Of a DNA stretch of 64,000 nucleotides, positions 43,256-53,133 are shown one piece after another. The stretch is from the NCBI GenBank assembly GCA_963422645.2, contig CAXXVO010000006.1:192001-256000 (forward strand), in the 5' to 3' direction. Under the pieces are notes generated by a model. It saw only the letters and a list, made by a program, of their open reading frames with translations. It was not told the DNA's origin and searched no databases. Within the stretch, counting starts at the first letter, position 1; each line of letters opens with the position of its first letter. Source of the DNA: Alphaproteobacteria bacterium. GTDB taxonomy: Bacteria > Pseudomonadota > Alphaproteobacteria > UBA828. The translations under genes and the position numbers were made by a program.

Positions 43256-43368
43256 CTCGGGCGCGACACCCAGCGAAAAACCGCCTGAAACAACCGAAAT
43301 GTATCAGAATTCAAGGAGTTCCCGGCACGCTGCCCAGAACAGCCAGCATCACGAGGTCAGGAAGTCTG
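43256..43368 (-). mobile_element. Isolated 113-bp left end of the unclassified IS, inverted
   Basis: Reverse complement of 35162-35274. Outer flank is AACCT. Confidence 0.92.
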
Positions 43369-43459
43369 AACCTATACAGTCAAGCGGAGATCAACGACGC
43401 GCCGACGGCGAAACGGCACCGACGGCAAGCAACATCAGCACGCACTCAGAACTGGCGGC

Positions 43460-43478
43460 GGGGTACCTGGGTAGTTAC
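43460..43478 (+). mobile_element. IS66-family terminal IR remnant
   Basis: GGGGTACCTGGGTAGTTAC versus GGGGTACCTGGGCAGTTAC at 24401-24419. Confidence 0.7.
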
Positions 43479-43766
43479 GAATTGTTATGGAAACATCAAC
43501 AAAAATGAACAGATTGTGGCTCTTACACATTTCCTAAGAGGGCCCATCCGCGTCGGGCACGGTCACCCGACCCCGATAACGAACGAGACGGCGCTTTGCG
43601 GTCGCTGCCCGCGCGACAGCCGGCCACCGCGGAAAGCGAATCGTCAGGCCGCGTCCCTATACCGATTCGGCGGACCGCGCCATTGCTGCTAACATTCGTT
43701 CCGCGCTGGCGGAATCGCGTACCGAACGGCGCGACACACACACACGGGTTAGAGCGGAGACCGGGG

Positions 43767-44558
43767 GTGGCGCTGACCACGTTGAAGGAGATGGCGGGCA
43801 CGCGGCGGGCCAAGTTCGGCACGCTTGCCATCGAGCTCACCTCGCCCGGCATCGGCCATATTCTCAAGGCCGCCGGCGCCCAGTTCCTCTTCCTCGACAT
43901 GGAGCATTCCGGCTTCGGCTTTGACACGCTGAAGCAGATGCTGCGTTACACGGAGGCCGCGCAGCTGCCGACTCTCGTGCGCCCGCCGTCCCGCCACTAC
44001 CACCACATCGCCCGCGCGCTCGACATGGGCGCCGAGGGGATCATGCTGCCGATGGTGGGCTCAGGTGAGGAAGCGGCGCGAATCGTGGCGCACGCGAAGT
44101 ATCCGCCGCACGGGCATCGCGGGGTGGCGTTGGGTGTCGCCCACGACCGTTACGCGCCCGGCGCGCCGGTGACCAAGATGCGCGCCGCCAACCGCCGGGT
44201 TGCCGTGTTCCCGCTGGTCGAGACCCGGCAGGGCGTGGAGAACGTCGAAGCAATCGCCGCCACGGAGGGAGTCGATGGCATCTGGATCGGCCACTTCGAT
44301 CTCAGCACCGCGCTCGGGTATCCCGGCCAATTCGATCACCCCGTTGTCATTGAGGCGGAGCAGCGGGTCGCGCGCGCCTGCGTCAAGAACAAGAAGTCCT
44401 TCGCCTGCATCGTCCCCAATGTCGAGGCCGGCGTCGCTGCCTACCACAAGGGCTACGACATGATCTGCTATTCCGGCGACGTCTGGCTGCTGCGGGAGAC
44501 GCTGCGGCAGGGCATCGACGATCTGAAGGCCGCGCTCGCCGACCGACGGAAAGGATAG
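43767..44558 (+). CDS. HpcH/HpaI-family aldolase, paralogue 1
   Basis: FLDMEHS, LVRPP, RALDMGAEG, YPPHGHRG, VET, IWIGHFDLS. Confidence 0.9.
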   Translation: MALTTLKEMAGTRRAKFGTLAIELTSPGIGHILKAAGAQFLFLDMEHSGFGFDTLKQMLRYTEAAQLPTLVRPPSRHYHHIARALDMGAEGIMLPMVGSGEEAARIVAHAKYPPHGHRGVALGVAHDRYAPGAPVTKMRAANRRVAVFPLVETRQGVENVEAIAATEGVDGIWIGHFDLSTALGYPGQFDHPVVIEAEQRVARACVKNKKSFACIVPNVEAGVAAYHKGYDMICYSGDVWLLRETLRQGIDDLKAALADRRKG

Positions 44559-44567
44559 GAGCAGAGG

Positions 44568-45374
44568 ATGCCGAGCGCCGCGCTGCGCGCGATGATGGGC
44601 ACGAAGCGGGCCAAATTCGGCTCGTTCGTGATCGAGTTCGACAGCCCCGGCATGGGGCAGATCCTCAAGGCCGCCGGCTGCGAGTACGCGCTACTCGACA
44701 TGGAGCATTCCGGCTTCGGCTACGACCAGCTCAAGCGGATGCTGCGCTTCTATCAGGCGGCCGACCTGCCGGTGATCGTCTCCACTGTCGGCGGCGACTA
44801 CGACATGGTGGCCCGTGCGCTCGACATGGGGGCGGACGGTATCCAGCCAGCCAAGGTCGGCAACGCCGCCGAGGCGCGCGCCATCCTCGATCACGTCCGT
44901 TATGCGCCGAAGGGTGCGCGGGGCGTTGCCGTCGGCATCACCCACGACCGCTTCGTCCCCGGTGCGCCGGCGCCCAAGCTCCGCGCCGCCAACCGGGACG
45001 TGGTGTTCTTCCCCAAGATCGAGACGCCCGAGGGGATCGAGGACATCGAGGCCATCGCCGCGCTCGACGGCGTGGACGGCATCTGGATCGGCCACTTCGA
45101 TCTCTCGGTTGCCATGGGCATTCCCGCGAAGTTCGACCACACGAGATTCCAGGCAGCGATGCAGCGGGCCGCCGCCGCCTGCGCGCAACACGGCAAGTCG
45201 CTGGGACGCATCTACGACGACACCGAAACCGGCTTGGCGCTTTACGAGATCGGCTTCGATTTTCTGTGCTGTTCGGGCGATAGTTGGCTGCTTCAGCGCG
45301 GCGTGGCGGAAGGTATCGCTGCGCTCCGAAAGGTCTGCCGCGGCCCGCGGGCAGGAGCCGCAGGCGGCCGATAG
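44568..45374 (+). CDS. HpcH/HpaI-family aldolase, paralogue 2
   Basis: LLDMEHS, RALDMGADG, YAPKGARG, KIET, IWIGHFDLS. Confidence 0.88.
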   Translation: MPSAALRAMMGTKRAKFGSFVIEFDSPGMGQILKAAGCEYALLDMEHSGFGYDQLKRMLRFYQAADLPVIVSTVGGDYDMVARALDMGADGIQPAKVGNAAEARAILDHVRYAPKGARGVAVGITHDRFVPGAPAPKLRAANRDVVFFPKIETPEGIEDIEAIAALDGVDGIWIGHFDLSVAMGIPAKFDHTRFQAAMQRAAAACAQHGKSLGRIYDDTETGLALYEIGFDFLCCSGDSWLLQRGVAEGIAALRKVCRGPRAGAAGGR

Positions 45375-45422
45375 TTTGGAAGAAAGCGCGGCGCCGCCGC
45401 GCCCAACATGGGGAGACCATCG

Positions 45423-46838
45423 ATGGCAATGAGGTCCATACGATCCACAATCGGCGGGATTGCCGCGCTTGCGGTGCTTGGGGCAGGGGCAAGCGCCGCC
45501 TGGGCCGAGAGCGCTGCGGAGATCGCGGTGCGCGAGGCTCAAGAGTATTCCGGCACCGAGATCAACGTGTTCTGGGAGGCCGGGTTGCAAGCGCTGGGCC
45601 CGCAGAACTTCTCCGGCCCGCTCTGGGAGGAGCTCACCGGAATCAAGGTCAACATCGTCGAAGCCCAGCATGACGAGATGTTCCCCAAGATGCTGCAGGA
45701 GCATCGGGGCGGCACCGGCGCCTATGACGTCCTGAACGTCGTACCCGCCTGGATGGGCGACATGGTGCGCGCCGGCGCGGTCGAGCCCCTTGATGCGTAC
45801 GTGGACAAGTACGGCTATCGGGCGGAGCTCGACGATATCGGCGACGTCTATCGCGAGAACCAGATGCGGATCGGCGACACCATCTACGGCTTCCCGGATG
45901 ATGGCGACGTGTTCATTCTCTACTACCGCAAGGACATCTTCGAGGAGATGGGCCTCTCGGTGCCGACCACGTGGGACGAATTCTACGAGGTCAGCAAGGC
46001 GATCACCGACGCGAAGGCGCCGGACGTCTACGGCTCGGGCTTCATGCGCGCGCGCGGCCTCCTGCAATACTTCTATCAGGAGCGGGCGCGGGTCGAGGGC
46101 TGCAAGTTCTTCGACGCCGAGTCCATGAATGCGACGATCAACGGCCCCGGCTGCGTCAAGGCGCTCGCGGGCATGGTCAAGGACAACACCACCATGCCGC
46201 CCGGCATCGAGGCGTGGGGCTTCGTCGAGACGCTGGCTGCCTTCAACGCCGGCCAGACCGCCATGCTCCAGTCGTGGCCGCCGGTCGGCCGCTGGTCGGC
46301 GGGCTACGGCACCGACGACATCGCCATGCAGTGGGTGCCGCCGTCGGTGGTTTCGGGCAAGGTGGGCTACGCGCTGCCGCCGGGTGGCCACCCGCAGCTT
46401 GCGGCCGGGTTCGCCATGGCGGTCTCGTCCAGCAGCGAGAACAAGGACGCGGCCTATCTCTACATCCAGTGGATCAACAGCATCGACATCAGCCACCAGC
46501 GGGTGCAGCTGCCCTACGCACTGCGCGATCCCTTCCGCAAGTCGCACTTCTCGTCTCCGGAGTACCAGTCGCGCTGGCCGGACGCGAAGTACTATCTTGA
46601 AGCGGCTGAGAAGGGCGCGGTCTCGGGCCTGCTCGATCTCTCGATCATCAATACCTTCGCGTATATCGACGCGCTCGCGGCCGGGCTTCAGGCGGTGATG
46701 GGCGGTGGCGATCCACAAGAGGAGCTCGACGACGTCGCCGCCAAGTGGGACGCGCTCACCGAGAAGGTGGGCGTCGATGCGCAGCGCGAGGCCTACATGG
46801 AGTGGGCCTCCAAGCCAGCGGCTTATCCGGGCGACTGA
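45423..46838 (+). CDS. Carbohydrate ABC transporter solute-binding protein, paralogue 1
   Basis: Signal peptide, EELTGIKVN, YGFPDDGD..ILYYRKD, PTTWDEF. Confidence 0.88.
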   Translation: MAMRSIRSTIGGIAALAVLGAGASAAWAESAAEIAVREAQEYSGTEINVFWEAGLQALGPQNFSGPLWEELTGIKVNIVEAQHDEMFPKMLQEHRGGTGAYDVLNVVPAWMGDMVRAGAVEPLDAYVDKYGYRAELDDIGDVYRENQMRIGDTIYGFPDDGDVFILYYRKDIFEEMGLSVPTTWDEFYEVSKAITDAKAPDVYGSGFMRARGLLQYFYQERARVEGCKFFDAESMNATINGPGCVKALAGMVKDNTTMPPGIEAWGFVETLAAFNAGQTAMLQSWPPVGRWSAGYGTDDIAMQWVPPSVVSGKVGYALPPGGHPQLAAGFAMAVSSSSENKDAAYLYIQWINSIDISHQRVQLPYALRDPFRKSHFSSPEYQSRWPDAKYYLEAAEKGAVSGLLDLSIINTFAYIDALAAGLQAVMGGGDPQEELDDVAAKWDALTEKVGVDAQREAYMEWASKPAAYPGD

Positions 46839-46852
46839 TCCCGGTTTCTTTC

Positions 46853-46879
46853 GGGGAGGGGCATCGTCCCCTCCCCTTT
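46853..46879 (+). terminator. GC-rich hairpin with short T tail between the two binding-protein genes
   Basis: GGGGAGGGG-CATCGT-CCCCTCCCC-TTT. Confidence 0.55.
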
Positions 46880-46919
46880 GCTTTCTGGCGTCTTCGCGCC
46901 GAGTCGAGGGAGAACAGCA

Positions 46920-48335
46920 ATGGCAATGGGAACGATGCGGTCAATGATGGGCGGGCTTACCGCGCTCGCTCTGCTTGGGGCGGGGGCAAGCGCCGCCTGG
47001 GCCGAGAGCGCCGCCGAGATCGCGGTGCGTGAGGCCAAGCAGTACGCCGGCACCGAGATCAATGTGATCTGGGAGGCCGGGCTTCAGTCGCTCGGCCCGC
47101 AGAACTTCTCCGGCCCGATGTGGGAAGAGCTCACGGGGATCAAGGTCAATGTGATCGAGTCCCAGGTGAACGAGATGTTCCCCAAGATGCTGCAGGAGCA
47201 TCGGGCGGGAACCGGCGCCTATGACGTGCTGAGCGTGGTGCCCGCCTGGATGGGCGACATGGTGCGCGCCGGCGCGGTCGAGCCCCTCGACGAATACGTC
47301 GACAAGTACGGCTATCGCGAGGAGCTCGAGGATATCGGCGACGTCTATCGCGAGAACCAGATGCGGATCGGCGACACCATCTACGGCTTCCCGGATGATG
47401 GCGACGTGCTGATTCTCTATTACCGCAAGGACATCTTCGAGGAGATGGGCCTTTCGGTCCCGACCACGTGGGACGAGTTCTACGAGGTCAGCAAGGCGAT
47501 CACCGACGCGAAGGCGCCCGAGGTGTACGGCGCCGGCTTCATGCGGGTACGCGGCCTCCTGCACTACTTCTATCAGGAGCGGGCGCGCAACGAGGGTTGC
47601 AAGTTCTTCGACGCCGAGTCCATGAAGGCGTCGGTCAACGGCCCGGGCTGCGTCAAGGCGCTTGCCGGCATGGTGAAGGACAACACCACCATGCCGCCCG
47701 GCGTCGAGCAGTGGGGCGCGATCGAGTCTTTGGCCGCCTTCAACGCCGGCCAGATCGCCATGACCCAGTGGTGGCCGCCGGTCGGCCGCTGGTCGGCGGG
47801 CTATGGCACCGACGACATCGCCATGCAGTGGGTGCCGCCGTCGGTGGTTGCGGGCAAGGTGGGCTATGCGCTGCCTCCGGGCGGCCATCCCCAGCTCGCT
47901 GCCGGGTTCTCGATGGCAGTCTCGTCCGACAGCAATAACAAGGACGCGGCTTACCTCTACATCCAGTGGATCAACAGCATCGACATCAGCGGCCAGCGGG
48001 TGCAGCTGCCCTACACGCTGCGCGATCCCTTCCGCAAGTCGCACTTCTCGTCGCCGGAGTACCAGTCGCTTTGGCCGGATGCGAAGGAATACCTCGATGC
48101 CTTGCAGGCGGGCGGGGTCTCCGGCCTGCTCGATCTCTCGATCATCAACACCTTCGCCTACGAGGATGCACTGGCGATCGGGCTTCAGGCGGTGATGGGC
48201 GGTGCCGACCCGCAGGAGGAGCTCGACGACGTGGCCGAGGCGTGGGACGCGCTCACCGAGAAGGTGGGCGTTGACGCGCAGCGCGAGGCCTACATGCAGT
48301 GGTCCTCGAAGCCGGCCGCCTATCCGTTCGACTAA
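46920..48335 (+). CDS. Carbohydrate ABC transporter solute-binding protein, paralogue 2
   Basis: Same length (1416 bp) and collinear with 45423-46838. Confidence 0.88.
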   Translation: MAMGTMRSMMGGLTALALLGAGASAAWAESAAEIAVREAKQYAGTEINVIWEAGLQSLGPQNFSGPMWEELTGIKVNVIESQVNEMFPKMLQEHRAGTGAYDVLSVVPAWMGDMVRAGAVEPLDEYVDKYGYREELEDIGDVYRENQMRIGDTIYGFPDDGDVLILYYRKDIFEEMGLSVPTTWDEFYEVSKAITDAKAPEVYGAGFMRVRGLLHYFYQERARNEGCKFFDAESMKASVNGPGCVKALAGMVKDNTTMPPGVEQWGAIESLAAFNAGQIAMTQWWPPVGRWSAGYGTDDIAMQWVPPSVVAGKVGYALPPGGHPQLAAGFSMAVSSDSNNKDAAYLYIQWINSIDISGQRVQLPYTLRDPFRKSHFSSPEYQSLWPDAKEYLDALQAGGVSGLLDLSIINTFAYEDALAIGLQAVMGGADPQEELDDVAEAWDALTEKVGVDAQREAYMQWSSKPAAYPFD

Positions 48336-48504
48336 GCCGAACACTCTCGGAGGGGGCGCAACCCGCGTCCCCTCCCCTCTTCCCCCCTCTCGCAGGTAAC
48401 TCGGCAGACGCCGATGTTGACGTGCGTGCCGTGCGCGTGGAACGTCGGGACGCTGTCTTCCGCCGAGTCGGAAGCGCTCGGCCCGCTGCACGAGGGGAAT
48501 TGGG

Positions 48505-49152
48505 ATGAGAGCAATTCTGTCAGCCGTGGCCGGGAGCGCCTTTGCGACCCTGGCACTGTTGTCCCCCCCGAGCCACGCCGAACAGGTTGGCCTCTACTTC
48601 GGCGCCGATGTCGGGGTGTTCGATTTCGATCTCCCCGGTGAGCTGTCGCGGCTCCAGGGGTGCAGCAACGGCAGTTGCAGCGACTTCGAGACTCCCACCT
48701 ACGACGACACGAACTTTCGGATCAGCGGCGTCGTGGGCATGGGCCTTACCGAGATGCTTCGGGCCGAGGCCGAAGTCTTCTTCGACATCGACACGGCTTC
48801 CGGCAGCGAGCGTCAGACCCACGGGCTGAGCGCCTCGGTTTCCGGCGATGTCCGCACCTATGGCGTGATGCTGAACTCCTGGGTGGACCTCGGAGCCGGC
48901 ACGACGTGGGGTTTCTATGCCGGCGGTGGCGCCGGCATGTTGTTTGCCGACACCAGCCACCGAATCCTCGATAGAGCACAAATTGCTCTCGAGGGCGGCG
49001 ACGAGACGGACACGGAATTCGCCTATCAGCTGGGCTTGGGCGTTCACTTCCAGGGCTGGCATGTGGGATATCGCTTCCTCAAGACCGGCGACCTCAACGA
49101 CTACGGCGATATCACCCAGCACGTCTTGATGGCGGGCCTGCGCATGTGGTGA
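48505..49152 (+). CDS. Outer-membrane beta-barrel protein (opacity/OmpA-transmembrane-like)
   Basis: Signal peptide, LRAEAE, MLNSWVD, FYAGGGAG, FAYQLGLG, VGYRF, and a terminal aromatic residue (GLRMW). Confidence 0.8.
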   Translation: MRAILSAVAGSAFATLALLSPPSHAEQVGLYFGADVGVFDFDLPGELSRLQGCSNGSCSDFETPTYDDTNFRISGVVGMGLTEMLRAEAEVFFDIDTASGSERQTHGLSASVSGDVRTYGVMLNSWVDLGAGTTWGFYAGGGAGMLFADTSHRILDRAQIALEGGDETDTEFAYQLGLGVHFQGWHVGYRFLKTGDLNDYGDITQHVLMAGLRMW

Positions 49153-49244
49153 GGCGTCGAGCCTCCGACCTGCCGAAGAGCCATCGACGCGACTAGGCGC
49201 CGCGGTTATTCTCCGGCCCGCTCAGGTTTGGGGAAAGCGCGCCC

Positions 49245-50231
49245 ATGCGCATCGTTCGGCACTGGCAGTCAACGCCCGCGGAGGCGCGGGGCGGGGTGGT
49301 TGCCGTCGGCAATTTCGACGGCGTCCATCTGGGCCATCGTGCGGTCATCGAGGAAAGCCGGCGTATCGCCCACTCCCTCGGCGCGCCGCTTGCCGTGCTT
49401 ACCTTCGAGCCGCACCCGCGCCAGGTGCTTGCGGCGCCCGGGGAGCCATTCAGGCTCACCCCCTTGAGAATCAAGGCCCGCCACCTCGCCGCACTCGGTG
49501 TAGACATCCTCTTCGTCGCGCGCTTCGACCGCGCCTTCGCCGCCCGCGAGCCCGCGTCCTTCGTTGCGGACGTGGTGGCGGCGGGCATCGGCGCCCGCCA
49601 CGTCGTGGTCGGCCACGACTTCGCCTTCGGCCGCGGGCGCGCCGGCACGGTCGCCCTGCTCACCGAGGTGGGCGGCTCGCTCGGGGTCGGCGTGACCAGC
49701 ATCGAGGCTGCCGGCACGGGCACGACGATCCATTCGGCGAGCCGGGCCCGGCGCCTGCTGGCGGACGGCGACGTCGCCGCGCTGCCTGAGGTGCTCGGCC
49801 GCTATTGGGAGATCGACGGACATGTCGTCGCGGGTGATCGCCGCGGGCGGACCATCGGCTTCCCCACCGCCAATCTGCGCTGCGCCGGCATTCTGCACCC
49901 CGCGCGCGGGGTCTATGCGCTGTGGGCCCAGCCCGGCGGCGACGCACACTGGTACCCGGCGGTGGCCAACCTCGGTCGCCGGCCGACCTTCGACAAGACG
50001 GAGGACCTTCTCGAGGTGCATATCTTCGACTACGCCGCCGATCTCTACGGCAAGCGGCTGCGCGCCGCCTTCGCCGACCGCGTGCGGCCCGAGCGCCGCT
50101 TCGACGGCATCGACGCCCTGAAGGCGCAGATTGCCAACGACTGCGACACCGCCCGCACCATCCTCGCCCGCTCGCCCGCGCCGGACGCCGAAGAGTCCGC
50201 CGCCCTGCCCCGCCGCCAGGCCAGCTCATGA
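49245..50231 (+). CDS. ribF: Bifunctional riboflavin kinase/FAD synthetase
   Basis: GNFDGVHLGH, TFEPHP, GRTIGFPTAN, RPTF, LEVHIFD. Confidence 0.97.
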   Translation: MRIVRHWQSTPAEARGGVVAVGNFDGVHLGHRAVIEESRRIAHSLGAPLAVLTFEPHPRQVLAAPGEPFRLTPLRIKARHLAALGVDILFVARFDRAFAAREPASFVADVVAAGIGARHVVVGHDFAFGRGRAGTVALLTEVGGSLGVGVTSIEAAGTGTTIHSASRARRLLADGDVAALPEVLGRYWEIDGHVVAGDRRGRTIGFPTANLRCAGILHPARGVYALWAQPGGDAHWYPAVANLGRRPTFDKTEDLLEVHIFDYAADLYGKRLRAAFADRVRPERRFDGIDALKAQIANDCDTARTILARSPAPDAEESAALPRRQASS

Positions 50232-53098
50232 CCACCGACTATCGCGATACCGTCCTCATGCCGCGCACCGCCTTCCCCATGAAGGCGCGGCTGCCCGAAC
50301 GCGAGCCGGCGACGGCCGCGCGCTGGGAAGAGATCGACCTTTACCGGCTCCTCAGGGAGGACTCGGCCGGCCGGCCCAAGTTCGTGCTGCACGACGGCCC
50401 GCCCTACGCCAACGGCCACCTTCACCTTGGCACGGCGCTGAACAAGATCCTGAAGGATGTCGTCGTGCGCTCCCAGCAGATGCTGGGCAAGGATTCGGTC
50501 TACGTTCCGGGCTGGGATTGCCACGGCCTGCCCATCGAATGGCAGGTGGAGCAGGCCTACCGCAAGGAAGGCCGCGACAAGGATTCCGTCCCGGTCAGCG
50601 ACTTCCGCGCCGACTGCCGCGCCTTCGCCGACCACTGGATCGACGTGCAGCGCAACGAGTTCAAGCGCCTGGGCGTGATCGGCGACTGGGACAATCCCTA
50701 CACCACCATGAGCTTCGCGGCCGAGGCGCAGATCGTGCGCGAGCTTGGCCGCTTCCTGGTAGATGGCAGCCTCTACCTGGGCGCGCGGCCGGTCATGTGG
50801 TCGCCGGTCGAAAAAACCGCGCTGGCCGAGGCCGAGATCGAGTACCACGATCACAAGTCGGTGGTGATCACCGTCGCCTTCCCGGTGATCGAGAGCCCGC
50901 TGGAGGCTCTGGACGGTGCGGCCATCGTCATCTGGACGACGACGCCCTGGACCATCCCCGGCAACCGCTGCATCGCCTACGGCGACGCCGTGCGCTACCA
51001 GGTGCTCGAAGTGACCGAGGTCGCGGACAGCGCGGCAATCTCGCCCGGCACGCGCATCGCCGCTGCCGAGGAGCTCGCGCCCACCCTCTGTAAGGAGAGC
51101 GGAATCACCGGCCACCGGGTGATCGCCTCCGGCCTCCCCGGCACCGCCTTCGCCGGCACCGTCTGCGCCCACCCCCTGCGCGGCAGGGGTTACGACTTCC
51201 CGGTGCCGCTGATCCCTGCCGATCACGTCACCACCGAGCAGGGCACCGGCTTCGTCCACATCGCACCGGGTCACGGCGCGGAGGACTTCGAGGCGGTCGC
51301 AAGCTATAACGCAGGCCTCTCTGCGGGCGGCGGCGATGGCGCGCCGATCGAGACCCCTGCCACGGTGGACGACGACGGCTGCTTCTACGACCACGTGCCG
51401 GCCTTCGCCGGCAAGCACGTCTACAAGGTTAACGGCGAGATCGCCGACGCGCTGGCCGACGCCGGCCGGCTGCTCGCGCGTGGCGCGCTGGTGCACTCCT
51501 ATCCCCACTCCTGGCGCTCCAAGGCGCCGCTGATCTTCCGCAACACGAGCCAGTGGTTCATCAGCATGGAGACCACCGGCCTTCGCAGCACCGCGCTCGA
51601 CGCCATCGACCGGGTGCGCTGGGTGCCGCCTGCGGGGCGGGCACGCATCCGGTCCATGATCGAGACCCGGCCGGACTGGGTGCTCTCGCGCCAGCGGGTC
51701 TGGGGCGTGCCGATCACGGTCTTCGTCTCGCGCGAGGACGGCACGCCGCTGCGCGATCCGCAGGTGGTCGAGCGCATCGCCGCCGTGGTCGAGGCGGAAG
51801 GCGCCGACGCCTGGTTCACCAGCGACAACGCGCGCTTCCTCGCGCCGGAGTACGACCCGGAGGCCTACGACAAGGTCACCGATATTCTGGATGTCTGGTT
51901 CGAGAGCGGCACCACCCACAGCTTCGTCCTGGAGCAGCGGCCGGAGCTGATGTGGCCGGCGTCGCTCTACCTTGAAGGCTCGGACCAGCACCGGGGCTGG
52001 TTCCACAGCTCGCTGCTCGAATCCTGCGGCACCCGCGGCCGCGCGCCCTACGACGCCGTGCTCACCCACGGCTTCGTGGTCGATGGCGAGGGGCGTAAGA
52101 TGTCGAAGTCGCTGGGCAACGTCATCGCACCGCACCAGGTGAACGAGCGCTACGGCGCCGACATCCTCCGGCTCTGGGTGGTGAGCACGGACTACGCCGA
52201 AGACCTCAGGATCAGCGACGAAATCCTGCGTCACCAGGTCGATTCGTACCGGCGGCTGCGCAACACGCTGCGCTACCTCCTGGGCAATCTTGCCGATTTC
52301 CACCCGGGCGAGCGCCTGCCGGCGTCCGAACTGCCCGCTTTGGAGTGCTGGGTGCTGCACCGGCTCCACGGTCTCGACCGCGACGTCCGCCAATGGTGCG
52401 AGGACTTCGCCTTCCACGAGATGTTCGTGGCGCTGCACCACTTCTGCGCGGTCGATCTCTCGGCCTTCTACTTCGACATTCGCAAAGACGCGCTCTATTG
52501 CGAGAGCGCGGGCTCGGCCCGCCGTCGTGCCGTGCGCACCGTGCTCGACACGCTCTTCGACTGCCTCAGCGCCTGGCTCGCCCCCTTCCTCTGCTTCACC
52601 GCAGAGGAGGCCTGGCTTGCCCGCTATCCGGACGATACGAGCGTGCACCTGCGCGTCTTCCCCGCGCTGCCGGCCGAGTGGCAGGACGACGCGCTCGCCG
52701 AGCGCATCGAGCGCATGCGCGCGGTTCGCCGCGTCGTCACCAAGGCGCTGGAGTGGCACCGGTCTATCAAAGATATCGGCTCGTCGCTGGAGGCGGCGCC
52801 GACGGTGTTCGTGGACGAACACTACCGAGATGCGCTGACCTATGACGATGACGATTGCGCGACACTCTTCATTACTTCGGCCGCGACGATCAGGCCGTTA
52901 AGAGAAGCGCCCGTCGACAGCACCGTCGTCAACCTGCCGGAGGTACCTGGAGTCCATGTCGTGTTCGCGCCGGCAAGGGGTGAAAAGTGCGCGCGATGCT
53001 GGCGGCTCCTGCCCGAAGTCGGCGGCGACGAGCGCCATCCGGACATCTGCGGCCGCTGCGTGAGCGCCGTCGAGGCTGCCCGCCCGGCAGCCGCCTAG
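50228..53098 (+). CDS. ileS: Isoleucine-tRNA ligase
   Basis: HDGPPYANGHLHLGT, GWDCHGLP, WTTTPWT, GTGFVH, EGSDQHRGWF, KMSKS, and C-terminal CARCW...CGRC. Confidence 0.97.
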   Translation: MTTDYRDTVLMPRTAFPMKARLPEREPATAARWEEIDLYRLLREDSAGRPKFVLHDGPPYANGHLHLGTALNKILKDVVVRSQQMLGKDSVYVPGWDCHGLPIEWQVEQAYRKEGRDKDSVPVSDFRADCRAFADHWIDVQRNEFKRLGVIGDWDNPYTTMSFAAEAQIVRELGRFLVDGSLYLGARPVMWSPVEKTALAEAEIEYHDHKSVVITVAFPVIESPLEALDGAAIVIWTTTPWTIPGNRCIAYGDAVRYQVLEVTEVADSAAISPGTRIAAAEELAPTLCKESGITGHRVIASGLPGTAFAGTVCAHPLRGRGYDFPVPLIPADHVTTEQGTGFVHIAPGHGAEDFEAVASYNAGLSAGGGDGAPIETPATVDDDGCFYDHVPAFAGKHVYKVNGEIADALADAGRLLARGALVHSYPHSWRSKAPLIFRNTSQWFISMETTGLRSTALDAIDRVRWVPPAGRARIRSMIETRPDWVLSRQRVWGVPITVFVSREDGTPLRDPQVVERIAAVVEAEGADAWFTSDNARFLAPEYDPEAYDKVTDILDVWFESGTTHSFVLEQRPELMWPASLYLEGSDQHRGWFHSSLLESCGTRGRAPYDAVLTHGFVVDGEGRKMSKSLGNVIAPHQVNERYGADILRLWVVSTDYAEDLRISDEILRHQVDSYRRLRNTLRYLLGNLADFHPGERLPASELPALECWVLHRLHGLDRDVRQWCEDFAFHEMFVALHHFCAVDLSAFYFDIRKDALYCESAGSARRRAVRTVLDTLFDCLSAWLAPFLCFTAEEAWLARYPDDTSVHLRVFPALPAEWQDDALAERIERMRAVRRVVTKALEWHRSIKDIGSSLEAAPTVFVDEHYRDALTYDDDDCATLFITSAATIRPLREAPVDSTVVNLPEVPGVHVVFAPARGEKCARCWRLLPEVGGDERHPDICGRCVSAVEAARPAAA

Positions 53099-53133
53099 CC
53101 GGCTCAGCGGCGCCGGGCTCGGGAAGGGCGGCC

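Noticed and set aside
43734-43745. (AC)6 run upstream of the aldolase as a phase-variation switch
   Set aside because: It is too short and there is no evidence that it lies within a promoter spacer.
50410-50445. HLGT instead of HIGH in IleRS as a resistance allele
   Set aside because: HIGH-motif variants are common, and the gene is the housekeeping copy in ribF-ileS-lspA.
44691-52822. Long antisense ORFs (675, 516, 925 aa and similar elsewhere in the window)
   Set aside because: They are shadows of real genes caused by high GC3 and show no recognisable motifs.
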